64,000 nt of DNA from Candidatus Moraniibacteriota bacterium (GTDB lineage: Bacteria > Patescibacteriota > Minisyncoccia > Moranbacterales > UBA1568), in assembly GCA_013334575.1 (NCBI GenBank), contig JAAXXG010000001.1, forward strand, positions 41,280 through 105,279. The letters run 5' to 3'. Shown one piece after another: positions 1 through 9,749 of this stretch; position 1 is the first letter of the stretch; every line of letters starts with the position of its first letter. The notes under the pieces are model-generated. The model had not been told where the DNA came from. It saw only the letters and a program-made list of their open reading frames with translations, and made no database searches. The translations under genes were made by a program, and so were the position numbers.

Positions 1-613
1 GGGTGCCGATATCGTCGTCATTCCGAACGGGGTCGATATGCCACAGGAGCCGGCGCAACCTGAGACCGGTAAACATGTCCTGTTTATCGGGCGGACCGAG
101 GTCGATCAGAAGGGGTTGGACCTCTTGGTATCCGCGTGGTCGTCGGTGGCATCTCGCGTTTCGGTACCGCTCCTGATAGCGGGTGACGGTCAGGCGACGG
201 AATCGCGGCGACTCAAGGAAATCGTCGATGGCTCCGGCTGTGCCGATTCGATACGACTCGTCGGGCACGTTACCGGAGCGGAGAAAGACAGCCTGTTCCG
301 TGATGCCGCATTGGTCGCAATCCCGTCCCGGTTCGAGACCTTTTCCATGGTCGCGCTCGAGGCGTTCTCGTACGGGCTTCCGGTTGTCGCGTTCGACATT
401 TTGAACACGGGATGGTTTCCGGATGAGGCGGCAATTCGTATCGACCTGTTCGATACGGTGTCGTTCGGCAAGGCGATTGTATCCCTTCTTGACGATCCGG
501 ACCGACGTCGTCGCATGGGTGCGGCGGCCCGGGAGTCCGTGCGGCACTATGATTGGGACGGTATCGCCGAGCGCTATATTCGACATGCCGATCTTGTGAC
601 AGGAACGCTATGA
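1..613 (+). CDS. Glycosyltransferase family 4 (GT-B fold), C-terminal part; 5' end lies outside the window
   Basis: The frame is open from position 2 (GADIVVIPNGVD...). GT4-type motifs are present: EVDQKGLDLL, FETFSMVALEAFSYGLPVVAF. The stop overlaps the next start (ATGA). Confidence 0.8.
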   Translation, partial: GADIVVIPNGVDMPQEPAQPETGKHVLFIGRTEVDQKGLDLLVSAWSSVASRVSVPLLIAGDGQATESRRLKEIVDGSGCADSIRLVGHVTGAEKDSLFRDAALVAIPSRFETFSMVALEAFSYGLPVVAFDILNTGWFPDEAAIRIDLFDTVSFGKAIVSLLDDPDRRRRMGAAARESVRHYDWDGIAERYIRHADLVTGTL

Positions 614-1398
614 ATCTGGACAATCTCATCGAAACGATCGTCGCCGAGCGGATTCCGCTCCGATTCGTCTCTCCGCACCTCGATGACGCCGCGTTGTCGT
701 GCGGCAATCTTATGACGTACCTGCTTGGGAAGACCGATATGGAGGTCTGGACGGTCTTTACCGAGGCGTCCGCTCCTCCGTATACGCTGTCTGCAAAGGC
801 GTTCCTTTCCCAGTGCGGGATTTCGGATGCCAACCGGCTGTTTAGGGTACGGAAGGACGAGGACAAAGAGGTCCTTGACAGGTTGCGGTCCGGCTTCCGT
901 CATCTCGGTCATCCGGATGCGCTCTTTCGTCGTCGGAAGGTCGGCTTGTTCCTTCGGACGATCGCCCGACTTGTTCCGGAATTCGATCATGCGTATCCGA
1001 CCTATCGATGGCATGTCGTGACAGGCCGGGTCGCCTTATCGGAGGAGGCATTTCAAAGTCATATTCTTTCGGAAATTACGGAAGGTGTGACCGAAAGGGT
1101 TCCGATTCTCTTTTTTCCGCTCGGTTTGGGAAAGCATGTGGATCACGTACTGGTACGTGAGGTCGGCTTGCAATATTCCGGTCCTGTGGTATTCTATTCC
1201 GATTTCCCATATAGCCTGTCCGATCGTCCGGATCAGGGATTCCTGGACCGTCACGGACTCCGGAGTCACCAGTTCGGAGGGGCGGAGGGGGCCAAGCGGG
1301 AACTCATCGGTCTGTACGGCAGTCAGCACCTCTTCGAGGGCGACATCCCGGTTGTTTCCGAGGAGTATTTCTTCCGTGATGCTATCATGAAAGTATGA
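610..1398 (+). CDS. PIG-L/LmbE family N-acetylglucosaminyl deacetylase
   Basis: N-terminal SPHLDDAALSCG matches the PIG-L zinc-binding HxDD motif region. Start is ATG 610 in an ATGA overlap with the upstream stop. Confidence 0.65.
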   Translation: MNLDNLIETIVAERIPLRFVSPHLDDAALSCGNLMTYLLGKTDMEVWTVFTEASAPPYTLSAKAFLSQCGISDANRLFRVRKDEDKEVLDRLRSGFRHLGHPDALFRRRKVGLFLRTIARLVPEFDHAYPTYRWHVVTGRVALSEEAFQSHILSEITEGVTERVPILFFPLGLGKHVDHVLVREVGLQYSGPVVFYSDFPYSLSDRPDQGFLDRHGLRSHQFGGAEGAKRELIGLYGSQHLFEGDIPVVSEEYFFRDAIMKV

Positions 1399-2999
1399 AG
1401 TTCCGATTTGAAGGCCTGAGAGATATGATCCGACGAGAGGCGTTTGTTTTTGGCTGCGTCTGGTTCGTGATGATCCTTTTGCTTGTATCGGGAATACGCG
1501 GATTACCGGGAAATCCTGGAATCGATGAATTGAATACGGCTTCATGGACTGGAACGGGCCCTTTTGAATCCTCAAACGACAGGGGGCGATTCGCATTGAC
1601 GTATTCGCTTCTTGAAGACCACTCCCTGTCGTTTTCGATTCCAGTCGCGGCATTTGCCGCTCCCGATCTTGCAGTGACGGCTGACGGGCGTTATGTGTCT
1701 CTTTTTGCGCCGGGCGTATCATTTATGCTGATACCCGGGTACTACATAGGAAGACTGTTTCATTATTCTCAGGTCGGCGCGTTCGTCGTAGTGAGTCTTG
1801 TTGCCTTCGTAAATGCAGTGTTGCTGTACCTGATTGCCCGAAGAATCGGCGTTGGGAGAATCGCATCTCTAATCGGTTCGTTTGCTTTTCTGTTCGCGAC
1901 ACCGGCATTTACGTATGCCGTGTCCGTATCGCAGCATCATTTTGCGGTATTCTTCATATTTGCAAGCATATACGCGCTTCTCAAGTGGGACGATTGGAAA
2001 GCTCTCTTATTGGTGTGGTTTCTCTGTGCATGGTCCGTCGCAGTCGATAATCCGAATCTTTTCCTGCTGTTTCCGATCGGACTCTTAGCCTTGGTTAGGA
2101 TTGTTCGGACGAGGATATCGTCGGACCGTATTCGTATCACGTTGAAGCCGTTACGGGTTTTTACCATACTGATAATGATTGTCCCGCTTGTTTTTTTCGG
2201 GTGGTATAACTCGAACGCGAACGGTAGCGCCTTTCAGCTTGCTGGAACCCTTCGGCGAGCGCTGTCGGTATCGCAGTATCAGTCTGAAAGCGAACAGAGA
2301 GAGCTCGAGACGCTTGTTGCGATGCACGAAGAGGGGACCGGAGATTCCGGGACGGATTCTCCGAGTACGGTCGGATTCTTCAAGACGAGAAACCTGTACA
2401 ACGGTTTTTTCGTCCACTTCCTCAGTCCCGATCGCGGTATTTTGTATTTTACTCCGGTCGTGCTTTTCGGGATCGCCGGACTTGTCATATTGTCCAGAAA
2501 GAGAAGGGAACTCGCGAATACTTTGATTGCCGTTGTCGGCGTGAATATCTTGTTGTATTCAATGTGGGGTGATCCCTGGGGTGGATGGTCGTTCGGGTCG
2601 AGATATCTAGTGCCAACTTATGCGGTTCTTTGTCTTGCTGCAACCGTCGCTGTCGAACAATGGAGAAAGAATCGGATATTCATGCTTGTTTTCCTGTTGA
2701 TTTTTGGGTATTCATTGTGGATAAACGTACTTGGTGCGCTCGGAACCAATGCGATTCCACCACAGGCGGAAGTTCTGGCTCTCGAGCAGCTGACCGGACA
2801 TGAGGAAAAGTATACATACCAGCGGAGTTGGGATTACCTTGTCGTTAACGGCTCGAAGTCGTTGGTGTATCAGACAATTGCGAAACAGGAGATTACCGGG
2901 ATTCAATACTACCTGATTGTCGGTTCAATCGGTATGGTTGCTGCAACCTTGCTGGTCGTAGGCCTTCATTTCTCGTCACGCGCAAAAGATACCGTATGA
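1395..2999 (+). CDS. GT-C fold integral membrane glycosyltransferase (PMT/ArnT-like, GT39/GT83-type)
   Basis: 534 aa with more than 10 predicted TM helices and an acidic residue pair in the first extracytoplasmic loop (IDELN). Size and architecture match dolichyl/undecaprenyl-phosphate-sugar dependent transferases. ATGA overlap with the upstream gene. Confidence 0.55.
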   Translation: MKFRFEGLRDMIRREAFVFGCVWFVMILLLVSGIRGLPGNPGIDELNTASWTGTGPFESSNDRGRFALTYSLLEDHSLSFSIPVAAFAAPDLAVTADGRYVSLFAPGVSFMLIPGYYIGRLFHYSQVGAFVVVSLVAFVNAVLLYLIARRIGVGRIASLIGSFAFLFATPAFTYAVSVSQHHFAVFFIFASIYALLKWDDWKALLLVWFLCAWSVAVDNPNLFLLFPIGLLALVRIVRTRISSDRIRITLKPLRVFTILIMIVPLVFFGWYNSNANGSAFQLAGTLRRALSVSQYQSESEQRELETLVAMHEEGTGDSGTDSPSTVGFFKTRNLYNGFFVHFLSPDRGILYFTPVVLFGIAGLVILSRKRRELANTLIAVVGVNILLYSMWGDPWGGWSFGSRYLVPTYAVLCLAATVAVEQWRKNRIFMLVFLLIFGYSLWINVLGALGTNAIPPQAEVLALEQLTGHEEKYTYQRSWDYLVVNGSKSLVYQTIAKQEITGIQYYLIVGSIGMVAATLLVVGLHFSSRAKDTV

Positions 3000-4651
3000 G
3001 AACTCTGGATAGACATCAAAATCCCATAGAAGCGGAAATTTCGCTGGACAGGCGGAGCGCCGACCGATTCGTCAGATTCATCGATCGAAACTCGACCTTC
3101 CTTGTGACTGTCCTGCTTACCTTTGTTTCGGTATCCGCGTTCGCATATTATTACGCGAACGGCCTCGGTGTGGCGTACAACGACGCTCGGTCGCACCTCG
3201 ACATCGGCCGCCGCGTCGTCGAGGGGCTCAATCCCGGCGCCGCGCAGCTCGGATCGGTATGGCTGCCGCTCACGCACGCCCTGATGGGTCTCACCATCTG
3301 GAACGACTTCATGTGGCACTCGGGACTGGCCGGGGCGCTCTGGTCCATGATCGCGTTCGTCGGCACCGGAGTGCTGATCGACCGATACCTGAAGGAGATC
3401 GGAGTCGGCCTGCTCGGGCGCTTTACCGGTGTCGGCATCTTCGCCGCGAACCTCAATACGCTCTACCTGCAGTCGACCGCCATGACCGAACTCATGCTGC
3501 TCGGTACGATGACCGCCGGATGCTATTTCTTCCTGCTGTGGTACAAAAGACGGAAGATTCTCCATCTTGTCGCCGCGGCGTTCTTCATCGCGCTCTCGAC
3601 GCTCGTGCGGTACGACGGATGGTTCCTGCTCTTCATGGCGGCGGCGATACTCTTCCTGTCCACCTGGCGTGAGGGCGGGTACCGGAAGGCGGAGGGACTC
3701 TTCATCCTGTTCTCGACGCTCGGGGGATTCGGCGTCGCGCTCTGGGTGCTGTGGAACGCGCTTATCTTCAAGGATCCGCTTTACTTCGCGTTCGGTCCGT
3801 ATTCCGCGCATGCCCAGCAGGACCAGCTCGAGAGCGCCGGTGTCCTGCCGACCAAATGGCACTGGCTGCCGTCCATCAAGGTCTACTTTTACGCGCTCGC
3901 GTACAACTCCGGCGCGTTCACGATGATCCTCGGACTCGTCGGGCAGGTGACCATGTGGCTTGACCGGCGTCTTTCCCGGGAAGTTCGGACCGCGAGCGCG
4001 TTACTCGTCGCGCCGCTTCTCTTTAACGTGCTCGCTCTGTATCTGGGTCATTCCGTGCTCTACATCCAGGGTCTTTCCGGCGATACCTGGTTCAATGTCC
4101 GCTACGGTATCATGATGCTTCCCTCGTTCGCGATCGCGATCGGATATCTGACGGACCGACTCCGCGGTCTGCGGTTCACGCTCGTCGGACTCCTCCTGTT
4201 CACGACATTCTTCATGTTCTCGAGCGGGGATGCCGTAACCATCGACGATGCCCGCGTCGGCTCGAGTCAGAAGAACGTGAGCGAGGTGTCCGGATGGTTA
4301 CATGCCAATGCCGGACCGAAGAAGGGATTCATCCTCATCTCCGCCGCCTCTCACGACTCGGTCATCTTCTCGTCCGGTCTGCCGATGAGCCGGTTCATAC
4401 ACGAGGGCACCGGCAAATACTATGACGCGGCCATCGAAAGCCCCGATCATTGGGCTCGCTGGATCGTCGTGCGCAGCTATTCCGACGACGACTCCACCTG
4501 GCGCCAGCTCAAGGATAACGAGGGGTTCCTGGAGCGCTTTGAGAAGGTCGATTCCTATCCGTTCGCGGACATCTACGAGCTGCGACCCGAGTTCATTTCG
4601 GGCCTCGTGACGGATCAGATCTTCGCCGACAATCCGGGTAGCGAACGCTGA
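2996..4651 (+). CDS. GT-C fold membrane glycosyltransferase paralog (PMT/ArnT-like) with a soluble C-terminal domain
   Basis: 551 aa with a multi-TM N-terminal half and a soluble C-terminal ~150 aa. It is tandem to the previous GT-C gene, with an ATGA overlap. Confidence 0.5.
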   Translation: MRTLDRHQNPIEAEISLDRRSADRFVRFIDRNSTFLVTVLLTFVSVSAFAYYYANGLGVAYNDARSHLDIGRRVVEGLNPGAAQLGSVWLPLTHALMGLTIWNDFMWHSGLAGALWSMIAFVGTGVLIDRYLKEIGVGLLGRFTGVGIFAANLNTLYLQSTAMTELMLLGTMTAGCYFFLLWYKRRKILHLVAAAFFIALSTLVRYDGWFLLFMAAAILFLSTWREGGYRKAEGLFILFSTLGGFGVALWVLWNALIFKDPLYFAFGPYSAHAQQDQLESAGVLPTKWHWLPSIKVYFYALAYNSGAFTMILGLVGQVTMWLDRRLSREVRTASALLVAPLLFNVLALYLGHSVLYIQGLSGDTWFNVRYGIMMLPSFAIAIGYLTDRLRGLRFTLVGLLLFTTFFMFSSGDAVTIDDARVGSSQKNVSEVSGWLHANAGPKKGFILISAASHDSVIFSSGLPMSRFIHEGTGKYYDAAIESPDHWARWIVVRSYSDDDSTWRQLKDNEGFLERFEKVDSYPFADIYELRPEFISGLVTDQIFADNPGSER

Positions 4652-5934
4652 TGATCCGAAGGGCACTCTTTATTCTTGCTATCGGGACGCTCCCTGTCTT
4701 TCTGTGGGCGTACGCGAATCTCATTCCGGAGAAGCGCGTCTTTTATCCCGTCGAACGCGTCAGCACCTTTCCGTTTCAGTCGGTCGATACCATGAAGTAC
4801 TCGCGCGATCTCGCTCGCGAGAAGGCCGAGGACGTCTCTTTCGACGCGATTATCGAACGACAGGTCGCCGCCATCGCGGAATCCGGCGCGACACATGTCG
4901 CGGTCGCGACACCCTACGACGAAGAGTTCGCGCCCATGCTCGCGCGTTGGATCTCGTCGGCCAGGCGTCACGGGATCAAGGTGTGGTTCCGCGGGAACCT
5001 TTCCGGTTGGGAGGGGTGGTTCGGCTATCGGAAAATCACCCGTGCGCAGCATCTTTCCGGAATCGTCTCGTTCATCAATTCGCATCCCGAGTTCTTCGAG
5101 GATGGGGATGCGTTCTCGACCTGTCCCGAGTGCGAGAACGGCGGTCCGGGTGATCCGCGGCAGACGGGCGATGTCGCCGGTTTCCGGCAGTTCCTCGTTT
5201 CCGAGCATGATGCGGCAAGAGACGCGTTTCGAAAGATGGGAAAGGACGTGCGAACGGACCTGTTTTCCATGAACGGCGACGTCGCGCGTCTCGTGATGGA
5301 CAGACCGACGACCAAGGCGCTCGGTGGCACGGTGACCATCGATCACTACGTGAAGACGCCGGAATGGCTTGTCGCCGATGCGGAGGCTATCGCCAAGCAA
5401 AGCGGCGGGACCGTGGTATTCGGCGAATTCGGCGCGCCTATTCCGGACATACACGGCGAGATGACCGAGGAACAGCAGGCGCAGTGGCTCGAATCGGCGA
5501 TGCGTCTCCTCTCGGGCTCTTCCGCGGTGTCCGGTGCGAACTACTGGTCGGCGGTCGGAAGCTCGACGCAGCTTTGGGATAGCGAAGGGAATCCGTCCAA
5601 GGCGGCGAAGGTGCTCCGACAGTATTACCGTCCCCGTATCGCGCAGGGCATCGTCTCGGATGAGTTGGGAAGGGTATTGTCCGGTGTCTCCGTCACGTCC
5701 TCAAGCGGGGCGACGGCGGTGACCGATACACATGGGCACTATTCGTTCGGCGTTCCGGGAACGGAAACGGCGACGATCCGTTTTTCCCTGGACGGTTACG
5801 ACTCCCGAGAGGTCGCGTTTACCGGTGACACGCCGGAGACCGATGTCATTTTGCGGCCAATATATACGAACCCGCGCTACCGACTCCTGCGCCTGTTCGG
5901 CAGGTTCTTCGGTTTTTTGCACATGGCACAGTAA
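4651..5934 (+). CDS. Secreted/membrane-anchored protein: putative TIM-barrel glycoside hydrolase-like domain plus C-terminal carboxypeptidase-regulatory-like beta-sandwich
   Basis: N-terminal hydrophobic anchor (ALFILAIGTLPVFLWAYA). The FGEFG motif is compatible with a GH5-type nucleophile region. The C-terminal SSSGATAVTDTHGHYSFGVPGTETATIRF resembles a CarboxypepD_reg fold. TGATG overlap with the upstream gene. Confidence 0.35.
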   Translation: MIRRALFILAIGTLPVFLWAYANLIPEKRVFYPVERVSTFPFQSVDTMKYSRDLAREKAEDVSFDAIIERQVAAIAESGATHVAVATPYDEEFAPMLARWISSARRHGIKVWFRGNLSGWEGWFGYRKITRAQHLSGIVSFINSHPEFFEDGDAFSTCPECENGGPGDPRQTGDVAGFRQFLVSEHDAARDAFRKMGKDVRTDLFSMNGDVARLVMDRPTTKALGGTVTIDHYVKTPEWLVADAEAIAKQSGGTVVFGEFGAPIPDIHGEMTEEQQAQWLESAMRLLSGSSAVSGANYWSAVGSSTQLWDSEGNPSKAAKVLRQYYRPRIAQGIVSDELGRVLSGVSVTSSSGATAVTDTHGHYSFGVPGTETATIRFSLDGYDSREVAFTGDTPETDVILRPIYTNPRYRLLRLFGRFFGFLHMAQ

Positions 5935-6218
5935 TCACATCAGAGGAACCGATAGTACCGATGGATATCCGAGTGTCGAATCAGTTGGTTCGCGATGAGG
6001 CGTGCAAGGAGTCTATCTCAAAATTCGCTTCACTGTCATTCCGGAATCCGCCCGAGCATGCGCCAGGCAAGAGCCGGAATCTATTTCCTGGATCCCACCC
6101 CGGCATTCGCAGGGCAAGGGTCAACCGGCATACGCCGGTCAAAAGCCCGGGATGAAAAAACCATAGTTTTCGCAGATCGAAATATGCTCTGGTATTTTCG
6201 TATTGAAAGCGACCGGAT

Positions 6219-6247
6219 TTGACAGCTTCTCCGTACGGAGGTATCAA
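6219..6247 (+). promoter_or_regulatory. sigma70-like promoter TTGACA-17-TATCAA
   Basis: TTGACA at 6219-6224, a 17-nt spacer, then TATCAA. It lies about 300 nt upstream of the first tasA-like gene. Confidence 0.4.
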
Positions 6248-6348
6248 GGAGGTAAGAGCGGTGCGGAATCGGAGAGGAGTCAGTCGTTCGTCCGACGAAT
6301 GAACCTCGTATGACCTGCTACCACAATTTTCAGCCCGGTGCGGTACGG

Positions 6349-6410
6349 AAGGCCGACGGAAGCATGACAGCGAAGGCTGTCGCGTTTCCGTCGGTTTTTT
6401 CTTTGTCTCG
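6349..6410 (+). terminator. Intrinsic terminator (long nested hairpin plus U-tract)
   Basis: ccgacggaagc...gtttccgtcgg outer stem with a gacagc/gctgtc inner stem, followed by tttttt-cttt. Confidence 0.5.
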
Positions 6411-6518
6411 GAGAATGCTTCCGGGACGGGCGCAGAAACCGAGACGCCGCGGGAGCGAATCTCCCGGTCGATGTGGCGAGGTGGAAAGGTGAAATATGTT
6501 TTTCATAATTCAAATCCT

Positions 6519-7124
6519 ATGATGAAAATCTTGAAGAGTCTCGGGCTCATCGGGGCGGTCGTCGCGGTCGCGGGCGGCGCCACCTACGCGTACTTCAGCG
6601 ACACGGAGACGTCGTCGGGGAATACCATCGCCGCTGGAACGCTCGACCTGCAAATGAGCGGAGAAGGGACGGTGCCGTTCAGCGTGACGGACGCGTATCC
6701 GGGGATGCCGGCAGTGAAACGGCTTGTCCATGTGAAGAACGCGGGGTCGATCAATGGCCATCTGCAATTCACTGGCGCGACCGTCTCAAATGATGAAAAT
6801 GGTTTGAAGGAACCGGAAAGTTCAGACGGCGATAGCACGGACGGTGCGAGTGGAGGTGAGCTTTGTGCGAACCTCGAAGTGCAGGTCTCTTTCGTGGGTG
6901 GAGCATCTGATGTGGTGCTCTATCCGTGGGGATCGCTTGCGGCGCTCAATCCGACCGGAGATGCTCTGATGCCGGCGGCAGCCGAGCGGGATCTGAAGGT
7001 GGAGTTCCGCGTACCGGGAACGGTTGGAAATACGATTCAGAGTGATATTTGCGGGATCAATTACGGTCTCAAACTCGTCCAGGATGTGAATCAGGACGGA
7101 ACCGCCGATGAGGACGGACATTGA
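6519..7124 (+). CDS. TasA/camelysin-like secreted protein with SipW-cognate class signal peptide
   Basis: MMKILKSLGLIGAVVAVAGGATYAYFSDTETSSGNTIAAGTLDL aligns with the B. subtilis TasA N-terminus (GGGTWAAFND...ASGTLDLS). The downstream PG..K....V.N.GS region is also TasA-like. Confidence 0.7.
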   Translation: MMKILKSLGLIGAVVAVAGGATYAYFSDTETSSGNTIAAGTLDLQMSGEGTVPFSVTDAYPGMPAVKRLVHVKNAGSINGHLQFTGATVSNDENGLKEPESSDGDSTDGASGGELCANLEVQVSFVGGASDVVLYPWGSLAALNPTGDALMPAAAERDLKVEFRVPGTVGNTIQSDICGINYGLKLVQDVNQDGTADEDGH

Positions 7125-7245
7125 TCGGTAGGCTTGGTGTGCTCCCGGGGCCGATAGGAGCCCCGGGAGCGGGGTGACGGTAGACTACCGTTTGACCGTG
7201 CGACGGTAACGGGAGCATGACGGATAATCCGTGTCGACGAACGAT

Positions 7246-7947
7246 ATGATGAGGATACTGAAGAGTCTGTTCCTCATTTCGGCGGTCGTCGCGGTGGTAG
7301 GAGGGGCGACATACGCGTATTTCAGTGATACCGAAACGAGCGAAGGCAATACGGTGACGGCGGGAACCCTCGACCTCAAGGTTGGCGGCAAAGACGATCC
7401 GCTTGTCGAGAAGATCTCGGTGGGCGATATATATCCCGGAAGCGTCGTTACCAAGACGTGGAAGGTGGAGAATGCCGGGTCGGTTCCCGGCAAGGTGAAG
7501 GTGAAAATCAGGAACATAGCCGATAACGACAACGGCTGCGAGGAGCCCGAATCTCCGGGTGAGATCGCGGAATACGGCTTGGCGACCTGCGGTGCGGGCG
7601 AAGGGGAACTTTCAAGTTATCTGCGCACGCGCGTGTTTCAGAGCCATGTGAACTCGAACAATCCGGACTGGGGCATCAACGACTATCATTCGTACAATCT
7701 CGCCGGGCGGCACCCGGGCGGTTCGCCGTACGGTGGTGTGAAGTATATCGAGAACCTGTCCATGGGCGGGCAGTTAACGCTCAATCCGGGCGAGTTCCAG
7801 GTCATCAAGCTCGATATGCGTCTCGATCCGGACGTGAAGAGTCTGAGCGACTGGGGCGGCTGGCTGACTCATGATGTGAATGACAATCTTCTTCAGGGTG
7901 ATTCGACGACCTTCGATGTCGAATTCACGCTGGAACAGGTACACTGA
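7246..7947 (+). CDS. TasA/camelysin-like secreted protein paralog with SipW-cognate signal peptide
   Basis: MMRILKSLFLISAVVAVVGGATYAYFSDTETSEGNTVTAGTLDLKVGG. Tandem paralog of 6519..7124. Confidence 0.7.
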   Translation: MMRILKSLFLISAVVAVVGGATYAYFSDTETSEGNTVTAGTLDLKVGGKDDPLVEKISVGDIYPGSVVTKTWKVENAGSVPGKVKVKIRNIADNDNGCEEPESPGEIAEYGLATCGAGEGELSSYLRTRVFQSHVNSNNPDWGINDYHSYNLAGRHPGGSPYGGVKYIENLSMGGQLTLNPGEFQVIKLDMRLDPDVKSLSDWGGWLTHDVNDNLLQGDSTTFDVEFTLEQVH

Positions 7948-8039
7948 CGAAGTGGCGGAAGATCGTTCCGATCTCCTCTCCCGGCGTCGCGGCGGTGCCG
8001 GGGAGGGAGCGAGGAATATCGGAATATTACTGATAGGCA

Positions 8040-8693
8040 ATGAAACGGTTTCTCTCCATCGTGAACGGACTGGTCATGACGCTCCTCGTTTTGGTAGCGC
8101 TTCTTTCGCTTTCCTCGGCGTTCTCGGTGGGCGGGGTGCGGACCTTCTCGGTGTTGTCCGGGTCGATGGAGCCGACCATCCATACCGGAAGCGTCATCGT
8201 GACCGTACCGGCTTCGTCGTATGCAGTCGGAGACATCGTGACGCGCCGAACGGAGAACGCTTCCGTGACCGTGACGCACCGCATCGCCGAGGCATCGGAG
8301 AAGGGTGAAACGACGATGTTTCGTACGAAGGGCGATGCGAACGACATCGCGGACAGCGAGACGTTTCCGGAGGCGGATATTCTCGGCAGGGTACGCTTCT
8401 CGATCCCGTGGCTCGGCTATGTCGCGAGTTTCGCACGGACACGCGAGGGCTTCCTTCTCTTGGTCATCATCCCGGCGGTCATCGTGGTCTACGAGGAACT
8501 GCGGAAGCTGAAGGACGAGGTCGTGCGGCTTTGGCGGAAACGGCGGGAACGGAAGACCCTGTCGCGGGTCCGTATCGACGACGGGCCGAAGCCGGACCGA
8601 CCGGTCGCTCGTCCTGTTTCCGTGCCGGAAGGCAATATCGGCGAGATGCAATTCGGAGGACGGGAAGACGTGCCGAGGAAAAAGATCGTATGA
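8040..8693 (+). CDS. sipW: Signal peptidase I, SipW (archaeal/ER Sec11-type)
   Basis: N-terminal TM, then the SGSMEPT catalytic-Ser motif, a His in TVTHRIAEA, and KGDANDIADSE (GDxN box). A C-terminal TM is followed by a basic tail. Confidence 0.75.
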   Translation: MKRFLSIVNGLVMTLLVLVALLSLSSAFSVGGVRTFSVLSGSMEPTIHTGSVIVTVPASSYAVGDIVTRRTENASVTVTHRIAEASEKGETTMFRTKGDANDIADSETFPEADILGRVRFSIPWLGYVASFARTREGFLLLVIIPAVIVVYEELRKLKDEVVRLWRKRRERKTLSRVRIDDGPKPDRPVARPVSVPEGNIGEMQFGGREDVPRKKIV

Positions 8694-9739
8694 TGCTCAC
8701 GCTTCACACTGTGCGAAATTCGAAACAGGCTCTCCGGAACGGAGCGTTCCGGGCGGCGTTCGTTTCGCTGCTTGCAGTCGCAACGGGACTGTCGGGTGGC
8801 ATGTCGGGAACGAATGCCTTCTTTTCGGATACCGAGAGCGTGACCGGAAACTCCGTAGAGGCCGGTGTCTGGATTCCGACGCTCCACGCGTCGGTGTCGC
8901 CTGCGTCGCCGAACGGGCAGTATGACGCGACTCTCTACAAGACGCGTCCGTGCGTCACGCTTTCGTATGACGGTCTCTCGTCCGGGACCGCTACCATATG
9001 GTATGAATTTTCGGACGACGGAGATCCTCGGGACGGCGGGACGGTCTACGGCGGGGCCTGTATCGAGGTTCCCGACGGGGATCCGGTTCCGTTCCAGGCT
9101 GTCGCGGTGAACGTCGCGAATCCGGACTGGAGGAGCTCGGTCTTCTCGCGGGTGTTCAGGGTGGATACGGAATGTCCGGAGATCACGCTTGAGGACCCGG
9201 ATAATGGCGATACCGTTTCGGGAACCGTGAAGCTGCGCGGCACGCTTTCCGACAAGCATCCGCATCACTACTGGCTGGTCGTCGTAAGGAAATCGAACGG
9301 GGAACAGGTGGCGGGCCCGGGTGTCGTGAACGATTCGGATAGCTTTTCGGATAAGATTCTCTATGACTGGGATACGACGAAGGTCGTCGACGGGGACTAT
9401 GTCGTCAAGTTCGAGGCGCGCGACGCGGCCGGGAACAAGTGCGAACCGGGCAAGTCGGTCGATTGGAACACCGTTACCGTTCGAAATGCCGTTCCTGTCA
9501 CGGAAGCGGGAAATATGGACGCGAATCCCGGAGACGTGACGGTTTCCACGTCCGTCTCATCTCCGTCCGCATTGACGGTCGACGGAACCGGGCTGGATGG
9601 TGTTTCTGCTACGGGTGATCCGGGAACGGCGGAGGTTGTCGTGATAGAATCGGACCAGCGGCAGGTCAGCGGCGCGGAAACGGAAGAAATACGATCCGAA
9701 GGAACGGATGTTTCCGGATCGGGTGGATCCGGAGCATGA
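8690..9739 (+). CDS. Large secreted protein with SipW-cognate signal peptide (TasA-like N-terminus plus extra beta-rich domains)
   Basis: MMLTLHTV...AVATGLSGGMSGTNAFFSDTESVTGNSVEAG carries the SipW-type motif. ATGA overlap with the sipW stop. Ser/Gly/Asp-rich C-terminus. Confidence 0.6.
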   Translation: MMLTLHTVRNSKQALRNGAFRAAFVSLLAVATGLSGGMSGTNAFFSDTESVTGNSVEAGVWIPTLHASVSPASPNGQYDATLYKTRPCVTLSYDGLSSGTATIWYEFSDDGDPRDGGTVYGGACIEVPDGDPVPFQAVAVNVANPDWRSSVFSRVFRVDTECPEITLEDPDNGDTVSGTVKLRGTLSDKHPHHYWLVVVRKSNGEQVAGPGVVNDSDSFSDKILYDWDTTKVVDGDYVVKFEARDAAGNKCEPGKSVDWNTVTVRNAVPVTEAGNMDANPGDVTVSTSVSSPSALTVDGTGLDGVSATGDPGTAEVVVIESDQRQVSGAETEEIRSEGTDVSGSGGSGA

Positions 9740-9749
9740 ACGAAAAGAT

